Below, in pieces: positions 13,258-26,815 of a stretch of DNA of 64,000 nt (its first letter is position 1; every line of letters begins with the position of its first letter). Location of the stretch: assembly GCA_050084515.1 (NCBI GenBank), contig CM114271.1:5828001-5892000 (forward strand). The letters are read 5' to 3'. Source of the DNA: Blasia pusilla. Taxonomy: Eukaryota. Position numbers and translations under genes: made by a program. The notes under the pieces were generated by a model. That model made no database searches and was not told where the DNA came from. It saw nothing but the letters and a program-made list of their open reading frames with translations.

Positions 13258-13482
13258 GGGCCTTATCCCAAGGACGCGCGCGTCCTTGGGATAAGGCCCT
13301 AAGTTATGTAACCAAATAAGTTTCCGTTGAATGATAGAGAAATATATATCGGTTCTTGCTAATTGCTTCGGGTTATAGACGAAGTTGAGAGGACGTTGGG
13401 TTATTTTTGCATCCAAAAGTTTTCGTATAAAATTGGCGACCCTCTAAGGTCGTCGTGACCGGGAGTGCATGGGATAAGGCCC
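13258..13482. mobile_element. MITE (PIF/Harbinger/Tourist-like) with a fold-back left end
   Basis: TIRs GGGCCTTATCCCA...TGGGATAAGGCCC, flanks TTA/TTG; reverse complement aligns with 13958-14188. Confidence 0.6.
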
Positions 13483-13957
13483 TTGGACAATCCCATGGCT
13501 CAACAGGCAAGTCCAAAATCTTAATCGCAACAATCTAAGATTACAATTAGCTATAACAATTTTCATTAAAAAAAAGTTTATACTTCTAGTTTTCAGTAAA
13601 AGAGGGAGATATGGAGTTTGAGAAGGAATAGGGACGTATTAGCCTCTTTGATTGGGATTTATGGAAGGCTAATCAATCACTATCCATTTAGAAGAAGAGA
13701 AAAAATATTATCTCTCTCTCTCTCCATATTTATCCATCAACACTTCTACGGACAAGGAGAGGGTGGGGATGGGCCTCTCTATTGCTTTGGTGAATAAAGG
13801 TACCCAAAGATTTAGTGGATAGAGAATTAGTTTAGAGGGCAGGGGAATGGATGGTACTAGAAAACTAGGGAGAGGGAATGACCCTCTCTTCTTTTGAGAT
13901 GAGAGGTATAAGATAAGAGGGTCTCACTCTTTTCTCTAAAATAGATGGCTCCTCTCA

Positions 13958-14188
13958 GGGCTTCATTCCATGAGTGCGGGGTTGCGGCGACCATAGAAGG
14001 TCGTTGATTTTTTTCGCCCAAAAATTTTGGGTGTGGAATTGGCCCAGCGTACTCGCAACCTTATTTAATGGAGGACCGAAAGTAATCAGCTGAGAGAAAA
14101 TATTTTTCTCCATAAACGAGTGGATAACCGTTTTGGGCGTAAAAAATGGGTCGTCGCGACCTCCTTGCGTGTCCGTGGAATAAGCTCC
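13958..14188. mobile_element. second, inverted MITE of the same family
   Basis: TIRs GGGCTTCATTCCA...TGGAATAAGCTCC, flanks TCA/TTA; internal blocks (CGACC.TAGA.GGTCG, CCCA.CGT.CTC.CAAC, CCGAA..AAT.AGC) are shared with the 13258 copy. Confidence 0.6.
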
Positions 14189-14827
14189 TTAAGGAGCTTA
14201 GAGGATCCCTATCGCTGGATAAATCAAATAGGGCAAAAATATATCAATTATTATAATGTGATTGTTATGCACTCACTTAATATTCATGTTACCCAAAAGA
14301 ATGACCGCTTGTTGCTCATTTTAGAAAAAACAAAGAGACTCTTGCAGATCATGAAGCTATCCCTAGAATAGTATGAATCTCTCATGAAATCGAGTTTTAG
14401 ATAGTACATATTTTGTCTTGATGAAACTATTTATAAGATGGTTGGAAACATCTATTGGAACATAAGAAGATTTTTTTGGTAAAAGACACATGTGAACTAT
14501 ATTTGATGCTTTCATACAAATAAAAAGTAAAAAAATAGATTTTTTTGAAAGAGAAGGATTTTCTCTTTCAATGGCTAAAAAATTCTCCTAATTTTATTAT
14601 GTTCTTAGACATATTATTTTGTATCACCAGAAATTTTTAACTCAACATTAGTGAAGTCAGTATGGGGTTGTTTGAGTAGCCCTATTGATTGCTTTATTCT
14701 AGTGGTTTATTCCATTATTAAATGGTACATGATCTTATTCATCTTAGTAGATCAAATAGTATTTTTTAGTAATTAAAATTAAAAATATTCTATGTTAATA
14801 ACACAATTAAGGGTTATGGATCCATAA

Positions 14828-15004
14828 TCTATATTATTAAAAGAGGACGGGGTTTGGGAAACCCCTTCTTTGGTATTGACATGTGTTCATTTTGGCTCTA
14901 TGTGGTGATGGCACGTGTAATTCAAGAATTAATACATAATAGTGCGTGCCCGCCCTTTCCTCACGGATGATTTTCACCCATGCAAGGCACGAGCATTATA
15001 CTAG
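14828..15004 (+). mobile_element. mini non-autonomous Helitron
   Basis: A|TCTATATTATTA ... CCCATGCAAGGCACGAG hairpin ... CTAG|T. Confidence 0.7.
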
Positions 15005-15848
15005 TATAGTAATAATATAGAAATCCTAAAAGTAAAAGGAATGGGGAGGGGGATCTTAGTTAAGGATATCATCTATTCATGGTTTATGACTCTAGAAAAA
15101 AAAATCGAATTCAAAGGTCTACAAACGAGATTCAAGTACAAACAAAAAGAATTTATAAACGTGTGATTTCCAATTATGGGAACCAAAGAAGGGAAAGAGC
15201 CAATGGGGTAAAGTTTGTATCTATGAAAAAGGAGGGGGTGAAGTTTAGAAAACAACGACGTGAGAAACTTTCTAAGTCAAGTTTATATCCATAGATCAAA
15301 ATCAGCTTGTGCAAATTTTCCTTTTTCCATATTCAAATTAAGGGAAATAATCAAAGGTAATGAATTGTTTTTTCATCTCGATTGTGGATGATTTATTTGT
15401 TATGCTCTTTAAGTCCCCTCAGTTTCTTTTCCATATTGGTCTTCTTATTCAAGCCTTTTCATATTCCATGCCTTGTTCTTTTTTAAAAGTGGATTCCGAT
15501 ATTTGATTTGCTTTATCAATACATTTAAATCCTTTTTATAACTTTTTTGAGGATTTTTTTTTCTTTAAAGGACCTTTTTTCTACGTCAATAATGTTAAAA
15601 ATACATTTAAAATATTTCATATAAATTTCTATCCCCTAACCATATACAAGTAATGCAAAATCTCCAAAATAGAACAAAGTAGGCGTTAACCAAATAAGTT
15701 GTAAGAATACTGATAAGTTGAAGTCCAAGGTAATTTAAAATATGCTATGTGGTTAGAATAGATTATGGTTTTGTTAGTTTGTAACATGATTCTAATATGA
15801 CGGGACATTGAAGATTTTATTTATGGTTGGAATTTAGGTCTTTAGTAT

Positions 15849-16159
15849 TATTGAAGATTGAGTTACAATCAAGCTCATGAGACACTTGAACTCCTACATT
15901 TGGTACTCACACGAAGTAGGGAAGCTTAATCTTGGTTAGTCAATTAAGCGCGATTATCTTAACCAGGTTAGTTAATCACACTTAGTCTAACTCGAGACTA
16001 TGGTTAAGATTAGGGTTAGGGTTTCTTGCACTTACCCTATAGAATTGAGAAGGGGACCAGCCTCCACTCATTCTCTCATTGCAAATTTCGTTCTCCATGG
16101 TGGTGTGTGAGTGTGAGAGTCGTTTCCCACCAGTTATGCTTCTTTAGTAGTTTTCCACA
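15849..16159 (+). repeat. copia 5' LTR
   Basis: TATTG...CCACA; direct repeat of 20802-21113 (roughly 90% identical by eye). Confidence 0.92.
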
Positions 16160-16171
16160 TGGTAGTAGAGC
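16160..16171 (+). promoter_or_regulatory. copia PBS (tRNA-iMet, 2 mismatches)
   Basis: TGGTAGTAGAGC versus canonical TGGTATCAGAGC, directly after the LTR. Confidence 0.75.
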
Positions 16172-16675
16172 GATAGGAGAATATCACTTGAAATTCTTGG
16201 TATTTGAGGAGAGAAGGGAGGAAATAGAAGGCATAATTTCAGTTTGGGAGAAGAAAATTTTGTTCAGAGCTCAATGGATGCAGATTTCAGGTGGATCTTT
16301 GACCGTGATAAAACTTTGGGGGTATTTTTTAGGGCTTTCCCAGTCAATTTAGGCATCTGGTTCCGCATTGTCTATAACAAAGCTAAGGGCTCAATCTAGA
16401 CGTCTTGTAGAGCTCGTTGAGAGCTTTCCAACGCACCCAAAATCGCTCGATTCTGACATTCTAAGCTCTTGTAGTAGCAATTTCACTGTAGAAAAGTGCA
16501 AGTAGTGAAGAAAAGTTGTGAAGTTTGCTCTCTACAGGCCAATTTCGACTAGTTATTTCATACATTTGATCAATTTTAGAAAATTTCACGTTGATTTCTG
16601 TGTAGGAGTGATCTATGCTTCAATTGGAGCAGTAGAGAGCCTGAAATTATGTTTTTGTGAGTGAAATCGTTCGTC

Positions 16676-19600
16676 ATGGAGTATTTCTCAACAACAATCA
16701 CAGACAAGCTAGATAAACATAATTACAATGTCTATAAGTTTCGCATGAAAAAAAATTTCATGGGTCAAGAACTATGGGAGCTTGGCACACGTGATGAGGC
16801 CAAGCCAAAAGGTGACTCAACAAACTTGAACGTTCGCGCTTGGAACAAACGCGCAAGGCAAGTAATCCACTACATTTCAATAACGATCAGTTCGCCAATG
16901 ATAGATCACATTCAAGATATTGATTTTTTGAAGGAGGCCTGGGATGCATTGGAAAATCTGTTCCAGACATCTACAAAGGCCACAAAGCTTTAATTGAAAC
17001 AACAATTGAACGAAGTGAGGAAAGAATCCCAAAGCATCAATCATTATGTTTTGAGTATCAAACATATTGTTGATCAGTTAAATAGTATTGGAGTCATAGT
17101 AAAAGATGATGATCTGATTTTGTTCACTCTTCAAGGCCTTCCAAAGGATTACAAGTCCTTTAAGACCTCTATCTCTGTGAGAAAGAAGTATCCAACCTTT
17201 CAAGAGTTAGTCCCACTGTTAATCAATGAAGAGATGTGCCTAATAGGTAGTGGAAGCTCGTCTAGTCTATAAGAGAGTGCGGTATTTGCAGGTTATGGAT
17301 CAAACAGAGACAAGGGTCGTTGTACAAGCTTCCGTGGTCGTGGTGGATATCAAACATATGGAGGAAGAGACACTCAATATAACGTCACTCAATCAACTAC
17401 AAACCACTACCAGACATAATCATAGGGTGGTGAAGGTGGAAACCGTTGGGGTCGAGGTCAGCAGCAGAGGGTCCCTGGATCTTGCAATTACTATGGCATA
17501 ACGGGTCACTATGCAAAGTTTTCTTCAAGAAGAAGGCAGATATGAGAATAAGAGCCATACAACAATAAAACTATGTGGAGCAACAATACCAAGAGCAGTA
17601 CCAAGAACAACAACATTCACAAATAGAGCATCTCTTGGTCATATGCGAGTAATGGTCAAGAAAGATTCAACAACAAATTGGTATATTGACTCTAGTGCAT
17701 CAAATCACATTACCTCACAAGCAAAAATAATTGTTCAATAGTTTGGAGCCGGTGAAAGATCTTGCAATTGTGCTTACATGAGATGACACTCAACATCATA
17801 TCACGCATACCGATAAAGTTCCAATAGCATTAGATGGTCTTTGTGTTCTTGGAAATGTTCTCTGTGTTCCATTGCAAGAAACCTGATCTTTGTAGGACAG
17901 ACAGTAGAACAGGGTTATCGAGTGAAGTTTAACGCAGATGGTTGTTTCATTCAAATAATGGATGATCAGACTACGATAGCCAAAGGAACTAGATCTGGAA
18001 GAATGTTCAAATTAGATATTTATATGCCAGAGATTCAAACAACAATGTATGGTTAAACCAGCCAACAAGTCATAAATCTAAATGTGTGGCATAAAAGAAT
18101 TGGACATATGAATCTTCAAAGATTACAGAATCTTTCATCATCTAATATAGTAATATGACTCCCTGCTTCGTTAGAGTATGTCTTGCTTGCCAATTTGGAA
18201 AACAAGCTAGATTTCTTTTTCCAAAGCAAGATAGAAGAGCATCCGGGATATTGGAGTTGATCCACAATGATGTGTGGACAACATCACAACATAGCCTTTG
18301 TGGTTGCCAATACCTTGTTTCATTTATTGATGACTTCTCTAGATATATATGGGTATATTTTCTGAAAGCCAAGTCAGAGGTATTCTCAGTGTTCCAAACA
18401 TTCAGAGTTTTAGTTGAAAAACAGACTAGAGAACACATTCTGAAATTGCGTTGTAATGGAGGAGGAGAGTATCTTTCAACAAAGTTTGATGACTATTTAC
18501 GTCATAATTGCATCCAACGTCAAGTGACTTGCCGTTACACTCCAAAAAAATGGAGTAGCTGAGAGGAAGAATCGACATATTGTTGAAGCGGTAGGAGCTA
18601 TGTTGAATGAGAAGAACATGCCTAAGATGTATTGGGCAGAGGTTGTAGCATGTGTAGTCTTCTTAATCAACCGAACTCCAACAGTAGGAGTTCATGATAA
18701 AACTCCATTCGAAGTCTTCACAGGAAGTAAACCTGATTTTTCCTTCTTAAAAGTATTTGGTTGTATTTGTTATGCTCATGTTCCTTCTGAAAGACGTCAG
18801 AAATTAGACCCCAAGTCTGAAAGATGTATCTTCATTGGTTATGCTGATGGAACTAAGGGGTATAAGTGCTACATTCCATCCTCTAGGCAGCTTATTATTA
18901 GTCGCGATGTTGTCTTTGATTAGCTAAAGGCATGGTATGCTCCATCACAGCCTATTCCACCTCTAAACTCGTTTGTTGAGGGGGAGAATATGACTGTAAA
19001 CCAACAAACATTGTCTTCAAATTCCCCAAGTACTAGTACAAGACTAGGAGAGGTCCTAGATTCATCAATTAAATCTATGAGTCCATGGATGGGAAGAATA
19101 CATATTCAGTCTGTTGACACTAGTCAGAGCTCGAGTTAGGTGTTAGAGGCATCTACCTCTGAACAACAACTTCGTAGATCAAGTAGAGTTATACATCCAG
19201 TTCATGGATTCATAAATGAAGGTTTCCTTGCGACACATCATGCATATATGATGACTATCATTCAAGAACAGGAGCCGAGTTGTTTTGAAGAAGCTGCAAG
19301 TAAAGTCGAATGGATTGAAGCTATGGAGGAAGGGATTGCTGTATTAAGACATTAACAGATATGGGAGTTGGTTGATATACCTTATGGTAAGAAAGTTGTT
19401 GGTTGCAAATGGGTTTACAAAATCAAGCGCAATCAAGATGGTACAATTAACAAATACAAAGCGAGATTGGTGGCTAAAGGCTATGCACAACAATATGGCA
19501 TCGATTATGAGGAAACATTTAGCCCTATTGCAAAGATGGCGACTACAAGAACAATGGTTGCAATTGCAGTAAGTAAGAAGTGGAGATTATATCACATGGA

Positions 19601-20801
19601 CGTCAAGAATGCCTTCTTGAATGGAGATTTAGACGAGGAGGTATATATGACTCAACCACCTGGATACGAGCATCCCAAGTTTTCATTTTGCGTATGCAGA
19701 TTGAAGAAAGCTCTATATGTGCTCAAACAAGCTCCAAGAGCTTGGTATGGCAAGATTACATATGTCCTACAAGAGTTGGGTTTTAGGATATGTGATTATG
19801 ACTCCTCGTTATATGTCTTGAGAGGACAAGATCATACGATTCTCATTGTGTTGTATGTTAATGATCTTCTGATTACTGGGAGTACTGAAGAAATGGTACA
19901 ACAAGTCAAGTTTAAGTTACAAGCAGAATTTGATATGAGGGACTTGAAAGAACTCAAGTACTTTCTTGGTCTTGAGTTTATGAAGGTTGGAGAGAGCATG
20001 TGGTTATACAACCATAATATGCTCTTCATATGCTTTCAAAATATGGTATGACGGCTTGTAAGCCAATCTCTATATTGTTGGACCAGAGTGTGAAGTTAAG
20101 AGTAGATGAAGGAGAGTTGCTTGCAAATTCTAATATATACATGCGCATGGTTGGAAGTTTGATCTATCTAACTATAAGCAGACAAAATTTGAGTTATGTT
20201 ATTGGTCTAGTGAGCCAGTTTGTGCAAGCACCTCGAAAATCTCACCTTGAAATTATGCGGTATGTGAAATTCTCTATTTAATTCGGGCTTCAATTTGAAC
20301 CTTCACAGAGTATTCAATTACAATGATTCACAGATGCTTATTGGGCAAGAAGCGTGTCTGATCGACACTCCACATCTGGTTATTCCTTTATTTTGGGAAG
20401 CGCAACTATAAGTTGGGCTTCAAAGAAGCAACCTACAGTTGCTTTATCTTCAACAGAGGCTGAGTACAGAGAAGCAACCAATACAACACGTGAGGCGGTG
20501 GGGCTTTATCGATTACTTGTTGAGATTGGTGTTAGTAACTTAGGACATAGTGTAATATATGCAAACAATATTAGTAGCATCAAGCTTGCTAATAACCCTG
20601 TGTTTCATGCTCGTACAAAGCATGTTGACGTGCAATGTCATTTTATCATAGAGAAAGTGCTTGCAGGAGAAACAAATCTTGTGTATATAGGTACAAATCA
20701 ACAAATTGCTGACATTTTTACAAAGGTATTGTCGAGAGATAAGTTTGAGATGTTTAGAAATGATTTAGGCGTTAGAGATATCGATATGAGCTTGAGGGGA
20801 G
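16676..20801 (+). pseudogene. Ty1/copia gag-pol, disrupted
   Basis: KLDKHNYNVYKFRM..LWELG (gag); WYIDSSASNHI (PR); CLACQFGKQ, FIDDFSRY, GGGEY (INT); GCKWVYKIK, MDVKNAFLNG, LYVNDLLI (RT); ISWASKKQPTVALSSTEAEY, QIADIFTK (RH). Confidence 0.95.
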
Positions 20802-21113
20802 TATTGAAGATTGAGTTATAGTCAATCTCATGAGACATTTGAATTGCTACATTTGGTACTTATACGAAGTAGGGAAGCTTAATCTTGATTAGTCAGTTAT
20901 GCGGGATTATCTTAACTAGGATTAGTTAATCACAGTCAGTCTAACTCGAGACTATGGTTAAGGTTAGGGTTAGGGTTTCTTGTACATACCCTACATAATT
21001 GAGAAGGGGACCAGCCTCCACTCATTCTCTCATTGCAAATTTCGTTCTCCATGGTAGTGTGTGAGTGTGAGAGTTGTTTCCCACAAATTATGCTTCTTTA
21101 ACAGTTTTCCACA
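20802..21113 (+). repeat. copia 3' LTR
   Basis: Follows the PPT; direct repeat of 15849-16159. Confidence 0.92.
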
Positions 21114-23802
21114 TGTGTTTCATTTAAACTCCTCATAAATCTACAGTACTCTTCTATATAAAAATGTTCTTCAATTCCCTTCTATTTCCTTAAGAAAAAA
21201 GTGTACGCTCATGCAAGTACACATTAGTTCTTTTATTCTTCATAATATGTTCCTTGTGTTAACAAAGCCACCAAAATAAATTGAGCCTTTAATGGCATAA
21301 AAAAAACCTATTTGAATTATAAAATAGGAAAATTTTCATTTCTCCATTTCTATGTCATGATAAATCATGTACATATTTATGTTCTATGAAATTATTTAAA
21401 AATTCTCATAATGTGTTAGTTAAGTATAAACCCAATCCAATTTTAGTGTCATATAAATTTTGATATCATTATATTCTATATTAGAAAAATATGAATAATT
21501 TAATTCAATGACACCAAAATTGATTAAATATTTTAACTCATTCACCAAGAGGGGAGGGAAATGTGCAAAAAGAGGTTATGTTGGATTAATTTGTATGTAA
21601 TCGAGGCTAAGGAAGAAAATCTAGTATTAATTAAATAAAATTGGGAGTTATGCACAACCTATAGATTGCTTATTCATATAGTCCATTATTATAAATAAAT
21701 AAATTGTGATCACATTAATGAGTATACATTTTGTTTCTATATATTTTCACTTGAAATTATTATAAATACTGATATATATATAATATTATAATTTTTTTAA
21801 TTATATGTATATACATCCCGATTAAAGGATGCAATTTCATTCTTTCAAATATCTTATCATATGATAAATGTCTTTCTTGCACCCAACCTTCATAAGTTGG
21901 GAAAAAGAATAGATATGAGTATGACATTGTTCCCTTCGTCCGTCCCAAATTTTTAGTATTAAAATAAAACTCCCTTTCAAATTTCCAATCCACTCTTTTT
22001 TCTCATTTATTCAAAATTGTATAAATATTAGTTTTTGGAAGATTTTTTCCTTCAAATGAAACACCAAAATTGACCATTGGATTCTTAAATGCAGATTTTT
22101 TAATATTTGACTTGCATTTTGAATGGATCCCTAATTCCCCTCTACTTAGTATATGTCAAAAATCCATCATAGAGAATACCATTTTTTTTCCTACATAAAT
22201 CATAGAGGAGGTTCAAACTCCTATATGATTTATGTTTATGGATATTATTTATGGATATGAGTACAACATTGTTCCCTTTCATCCCAATTTTTTACTATTA
22301 AAATAAAATATCCTATCCCTTTTTGTTCATGCCTTAGAAATTTTATATTTTTGTATATTCTCTTGTCAATCAAATCTACAAAGATATGTATTTCCATGGA
22401 ATAAATTCTTTTCATAATTTTTCAATAGAAAATTTCAGGATGGAATGTATGTCAATGAAAGGAGAAGTTTTTCTATCTTATATTGGCAAATATATATATA
22501 CTAACGAGAGGATTGCTCTTTCTTGGTGTGCACACTTCATCTAACATATGTCTACTAAAAAATACACTTGACATTACGACCCATTTATGTGTAAAAAAAT
22601 GCCTCAAAATCATTAAAAGAATGATCTTGGAGTGGCTAAAAGAGAGATTTTGAATAGCACAAGCATTAGATATGAAAAATTTTTTTTATATCTAACAATA
22701 TTTTTATTTTCATCCTTAAATTGAAAAATATTTTCAAAGGATTTTTTGAAATTTCTTATTATGTCAATAGGTAGATATGTGATTTCAAAATTTTTAACTA
22801 AATTAGGCTATATCTAATATTAAATAGAGTTCCTGCGATGCCTTCATGATTATAAATATTCTAAGAATACAATTTCCCAAGATGTTTTGAGCAATATTGT
22901 GATGGAAATATTTTATATTTTTCAAAACCCAAATTTGGACTTGCTTGATCACGTATACATATAAGAGTTGTTTCTCATAAGTATTTACATGTGTCATATG
23001 TCAGCTATGTTTAGGATTAGAAATCAACCATATAGATCTAAATATCCTAGATAGTTTGCAAGGCTTCAAGACATGGATACTTGACATTTTTCTTCATGCT
23101 TATGAGAATTATAATTATGAACCATATGCAAGGTTGATTGGCTTAAAATTTAAATTAGATTTTATGAGACAACGTTAAATTCGCTAATTTCTCACAAGGT
23201 TTTATAAAATATAATCATTTGTATAAATTTTGATAATGCGAATGGTTAGAATATATTTAATTTAGAACAAAAATTAGTGATATTTTTAGACTCTCATAAC
23301 ATCAATATTTGACACATAATTTAATGCCATATTTCTTAAAAATTAATCATTAACTATATAAGAAACTATTTTGACATTAATATTTTGATAATTTGTAATC
23401 AAAAGTTAAAAAATGAGTTTTCATGCTAAAGTACTCAATAAATAAAATAATGGATAAGTTTTTTTTTCTTATGCACAACCAAACTTTGCTTCTTTTCTCA
23501 ACAAGGGACTAAATCGCACTTGTTTCACAATTTTTTGTTAAAAGGGTTTGAAACGGGAATACGAATGTCATAATGAGAGTATGTTTATGTTTTCACCCAC
23601 TCGGATATTTGCATAGTCTTATTTTAAAATAATCTTGGTATCTATTTTACTCATCTACTTAATATTTTTGTTTTAAGAAGTGAGATAGTTTAAATTTTAT
23701 AATTTTTGATCGTATAATTTATTGAATAAAAGCTTGTTTCTAATCACTATTGATGAGTGCCCCTAAGCCTTTTTCGTTGAATGGTCATTCTTATACTCCT
23801 CA

Positions 23803-24228
23803 TCTATATTATTATGGGAGAGTGCCTACTTGATTTGCAAACACCTCTATGCTTGACATGTGGCAAATGGGCAGCAAGAGAATGTTTTGCATGCTACGGG
23901 CAGAAAAAAAAAAGATTTTATGTACAACATCATTAATCTCTTTCCTTCACGGGCTAGACGCTAACTCTTCAAACACGTTTTTATTTCCTTTCCATCGTAC
24001 TGGCACCTTATCTATATGATTATGTGAGAGTGCCTTCTTGATTTGCAAACACCTCTATGCTTGACACATAGCAACTCGACAGCGAGAAAAATGTTTCACA
24101 TGCTACAGGCAGCAATAAAAAAATTTTGAATTTATGTGCAGCATCATTGATCTCTTCTCTTCACGGGCTATGCACTAACTCTTCAAACACTTTTTAATTT
24201 CCCGTGCATCTCACAAGCACCTTACTAG
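23803..24228 (+). mobile_element. tandem pair of ~210-bp non-autonomous Helitrons (23803-24010 and 24011-24228)
   Basis: Both units start TCTATAT.ATTATG.GAGAGTGCC; the second ends CCCGTGCATCTCACAAG hairpin...CTAG|T; the first lacks the terminal CTAG. Confidence 0.8.
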
Positions 24229-25137
24229 TTTATTATTATTTTCCTGTATGTATGCCAGACGAGCTATAGAGTGAGTTCAGTCTACACCTGAGTGGCCACA
24301 CTCGAGCTGGAATGCTTGATCCTCTCCTCCCACCTTTGCCCTCCTACCTGCCGCCTCCTTCTCGAGCTCTTCCTCGAGCTCGATCTGAGAGAGAGGAGGG
24401 AGATCTCCGCACACACTCGAGCTTGGATTGAGCTCTTCTCCTCTCACTCTCCCCTCATTGCCCTCGCTGCCTCCAAGCTCAAACGCTTGATCCTCCCCAA
24501 TGTTCGGGGAGAACCGGGGCTACGTGTTGAGCTGGTCGGATGAAATTGAATTTTTTTTATTTAGATTATGATTTCCCGGCCAAAAACTGACCAAATTAAC
24601 AAGGGTTCCTTTGTATTTGTATTTGTATTTGTGTCCTTTGTAAATAGCCGGCCAGGATTGGAAAAACTTGAAAATTTACCATCCTTGCACAGACCGGACA
24701 AGTACCGATTCTCGTGAAAAAACTACCCGGACCCTGATCCTCCCCTCATACCTTCGGCCTCCTACCTCCTGCCTTGAGCTGATCAAGCTCGATGCACACA
24801 CTTGAGCTCTCCTCTCCCTCCGCACACTCACGCGCCGCACACACTCCGCCTCCTCACGCGCACTTGCCTCGCCAACTTAACCACCTCCAAACCCTCCGCG
24901 AGCTCTGGCCTTCCACCTTCGGCTTCCGGCCTCCTCCTCCAGCCTCTTCTCACCCCCGACACACAGCTCGGGCAGCCCCGCCTCAACCTCGGGTTAGCTT
25001 AACCCGAGGGTGAATAGGCGTCCCACATAAAGAGGTGTGTTTATTTACGGCCCCTACATGTATGCTTGGTTTTGTTTCTATTTCGATTTGTGTGATTGTT
25101 GTATATCGTGGATGAAACTTTTATGTTTCTACTTACC

Positions 25138-25213
25138 ATGGATCTCCGTAACCCGATTCGTGTGACTTGTGGATCTCCTTAACTTGATTCGTGTGACTCA
25201 TGAATCTCCTTAA
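25138..25213. repeat. 31-bp tandem repeat (~2.4 units)
   Basis: TGGATCTCC(G/T)TAAC..GATTCGTGTGACT repeated. Confidence 0.7.
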
Positions 25214-26105
25214 CAACCTCCTCCTCTGTGTAACACCCTCATTTGTAGGTTCCAATATCCTCACCCGTGTATACGAGGTATACAAACTTGTTTATATGCC
25301 GGCAGAATACCCTCATTATTTTCTCCATTCATATTTTTTCTTCTCCGTATGGCTAGTATACGTGCGTGGGATGATCTTGGAATACAAACTATGGTTCCCA
25401 CCTTATGGTTGTATTTTCTCTTCTTCGTGTGGTTATCCTCGTATGCATCTCTTGTTCGTATACAAACCAGTGGTAGTTTGTATTTCCGTTCCATATGGTA
25501 TACTCGTATACATCTCCGTTCATATTTTGTTCTCTCGGTGCCATCTACTCTATCGGTGATTTGTATTTCGGTTGCATCTCGTGTACAAAGGACATTTTTC
25601 TCTCCTCCCAAAATTACAAAATAAATTTTCATCCACCCTTAAGGCCGAACCCTTATCAAATTTAGCAGGGGCTTAAGAAGACGAAGACACGCTGCTCAAG
25701 ACAGGAAGTGGGGATTTAATAAGAAGGGAATTTTGTGAAGTCCTTGCCACGGACTCGCCTACTGTTCAGAGGATATGATGATGATGGGCAGTGCTATCAT
25801 CATCACATCACATCACATCCCATCAATTATCAATAAACTCGATAAACACGAATTGGAAATAGCTTAAATGCACTCAATTCAAATTTCAAAAGCGGCCCAC
25901 TTGACGCGTAAGTGAAAGATGCAACGGGCAGCAGATTTCGGGTTCACCGGGGAACGAACGAACGGATGTACTTATCCTCATGCGATCAAGAAGTTCCGTA
26001 ACAGAGAAGGCCTGAAAGCTTCAAGAGGAACCGTCAATCAACACGGTTTCCCTTCCCGCCCGCCACTTGGCTCACATGAAAGCCCCGCCTCCGGCACCCG
26101 CCTCA

Positions 26106-26240
26106 TTGGGGGGAATGCCCCCTTCTTCCTTTTCTGGTCGTGTTGTGGCCTTCAGGTTTTGACTCTTTGAGTCCCCCCCCTCTTTTGTACTTCCGATGGG
26201 TTTTCCATCACTCGTTTCTATCGAAGTGCATCTTTCCCTC
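26106..26240 (+). repeat. dispersed repeat, probable 3' UTR fragment of the CRE-like element
   Basis: Aligns with 59801-59932 (GGGGAATGCCCC.TTCTTC.TTTTC...TGTGGCC...TTGACTCTTT...CCCCCTCTTTTGT) and more loosely with 31150-31260. Confidence 0.55.
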
Positions 26241-26815
26241 CGGCACCCGGTCTCCGTCCGCTCTCTACCGACGGACGGCCGCTAAATCCCGTCTCGCTCG
26301 TTTAGCGGGCTTCCTGAGATCTGGCACAATCCGAGGGCCACCGGCGACCATCCTCCTCGTTGGATTCTAGTACGGAGTTCACCTTACCCAGGGACCGGGT
26401 GACCGGCTCTGTGATCACGAGTCTAGCGACTCTAGTCTCTAGTCCTATGGTCAGCAGTCCGATCGGATGCGGTTGGACTGTGCAGTGTACACGTCGCGAC
26501 TTACATGATTACATCGTTCGCCAGGTGAGCGGCGTAAGTTGGTGCGTCGTCCTGCTTCGACTGTGGTTCGCAGTCCGTGTACCCTACTACTGTCATCTTT
26601 TGTTTGCTGGTACCGGAGGTCTTTGTCACTATTGTGTCCCAGAGGATCCCACGGTCCTATTCCGTCCATGCCCTTGACGCCGGCGAACCGGCCAAGATCT
26701 GGCGACGTCGTGTAGCCCACCGCGCGGTGTGTGTCGGACGGCAGCGGCCCGATGCCCGCTTCATCTGACCAGAGGTAGCTAACCGGTTAGCGCGAGGCAG
26801 GTTGGGAACTCGGGG

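Larger units (their letters stand above)
15849..21113 (+). mobile_element. full-length decayed Ty1/copia LTR retrotransposon
   Basis: 311/312-bp LTRs, PBS, order gag-PR-INT-RT-RH, PPT GAGGGGAG (20794-20801); flanks AGTAT/TGTGT (degenerate TSD at best). Confidence 0.95.

Noticed and set aside
13958-13970. GGCTTCATTCC similarity to miR166
   Set aside because: Only 11 nt and part of a MITE TIR.
24536-25638. Possible MULE with weak TIRs (GGTCGGATGAAATT / AATTTTCATCCACCC)
   Set aside because: TIR match is short and imperfect, and no TSD was found.
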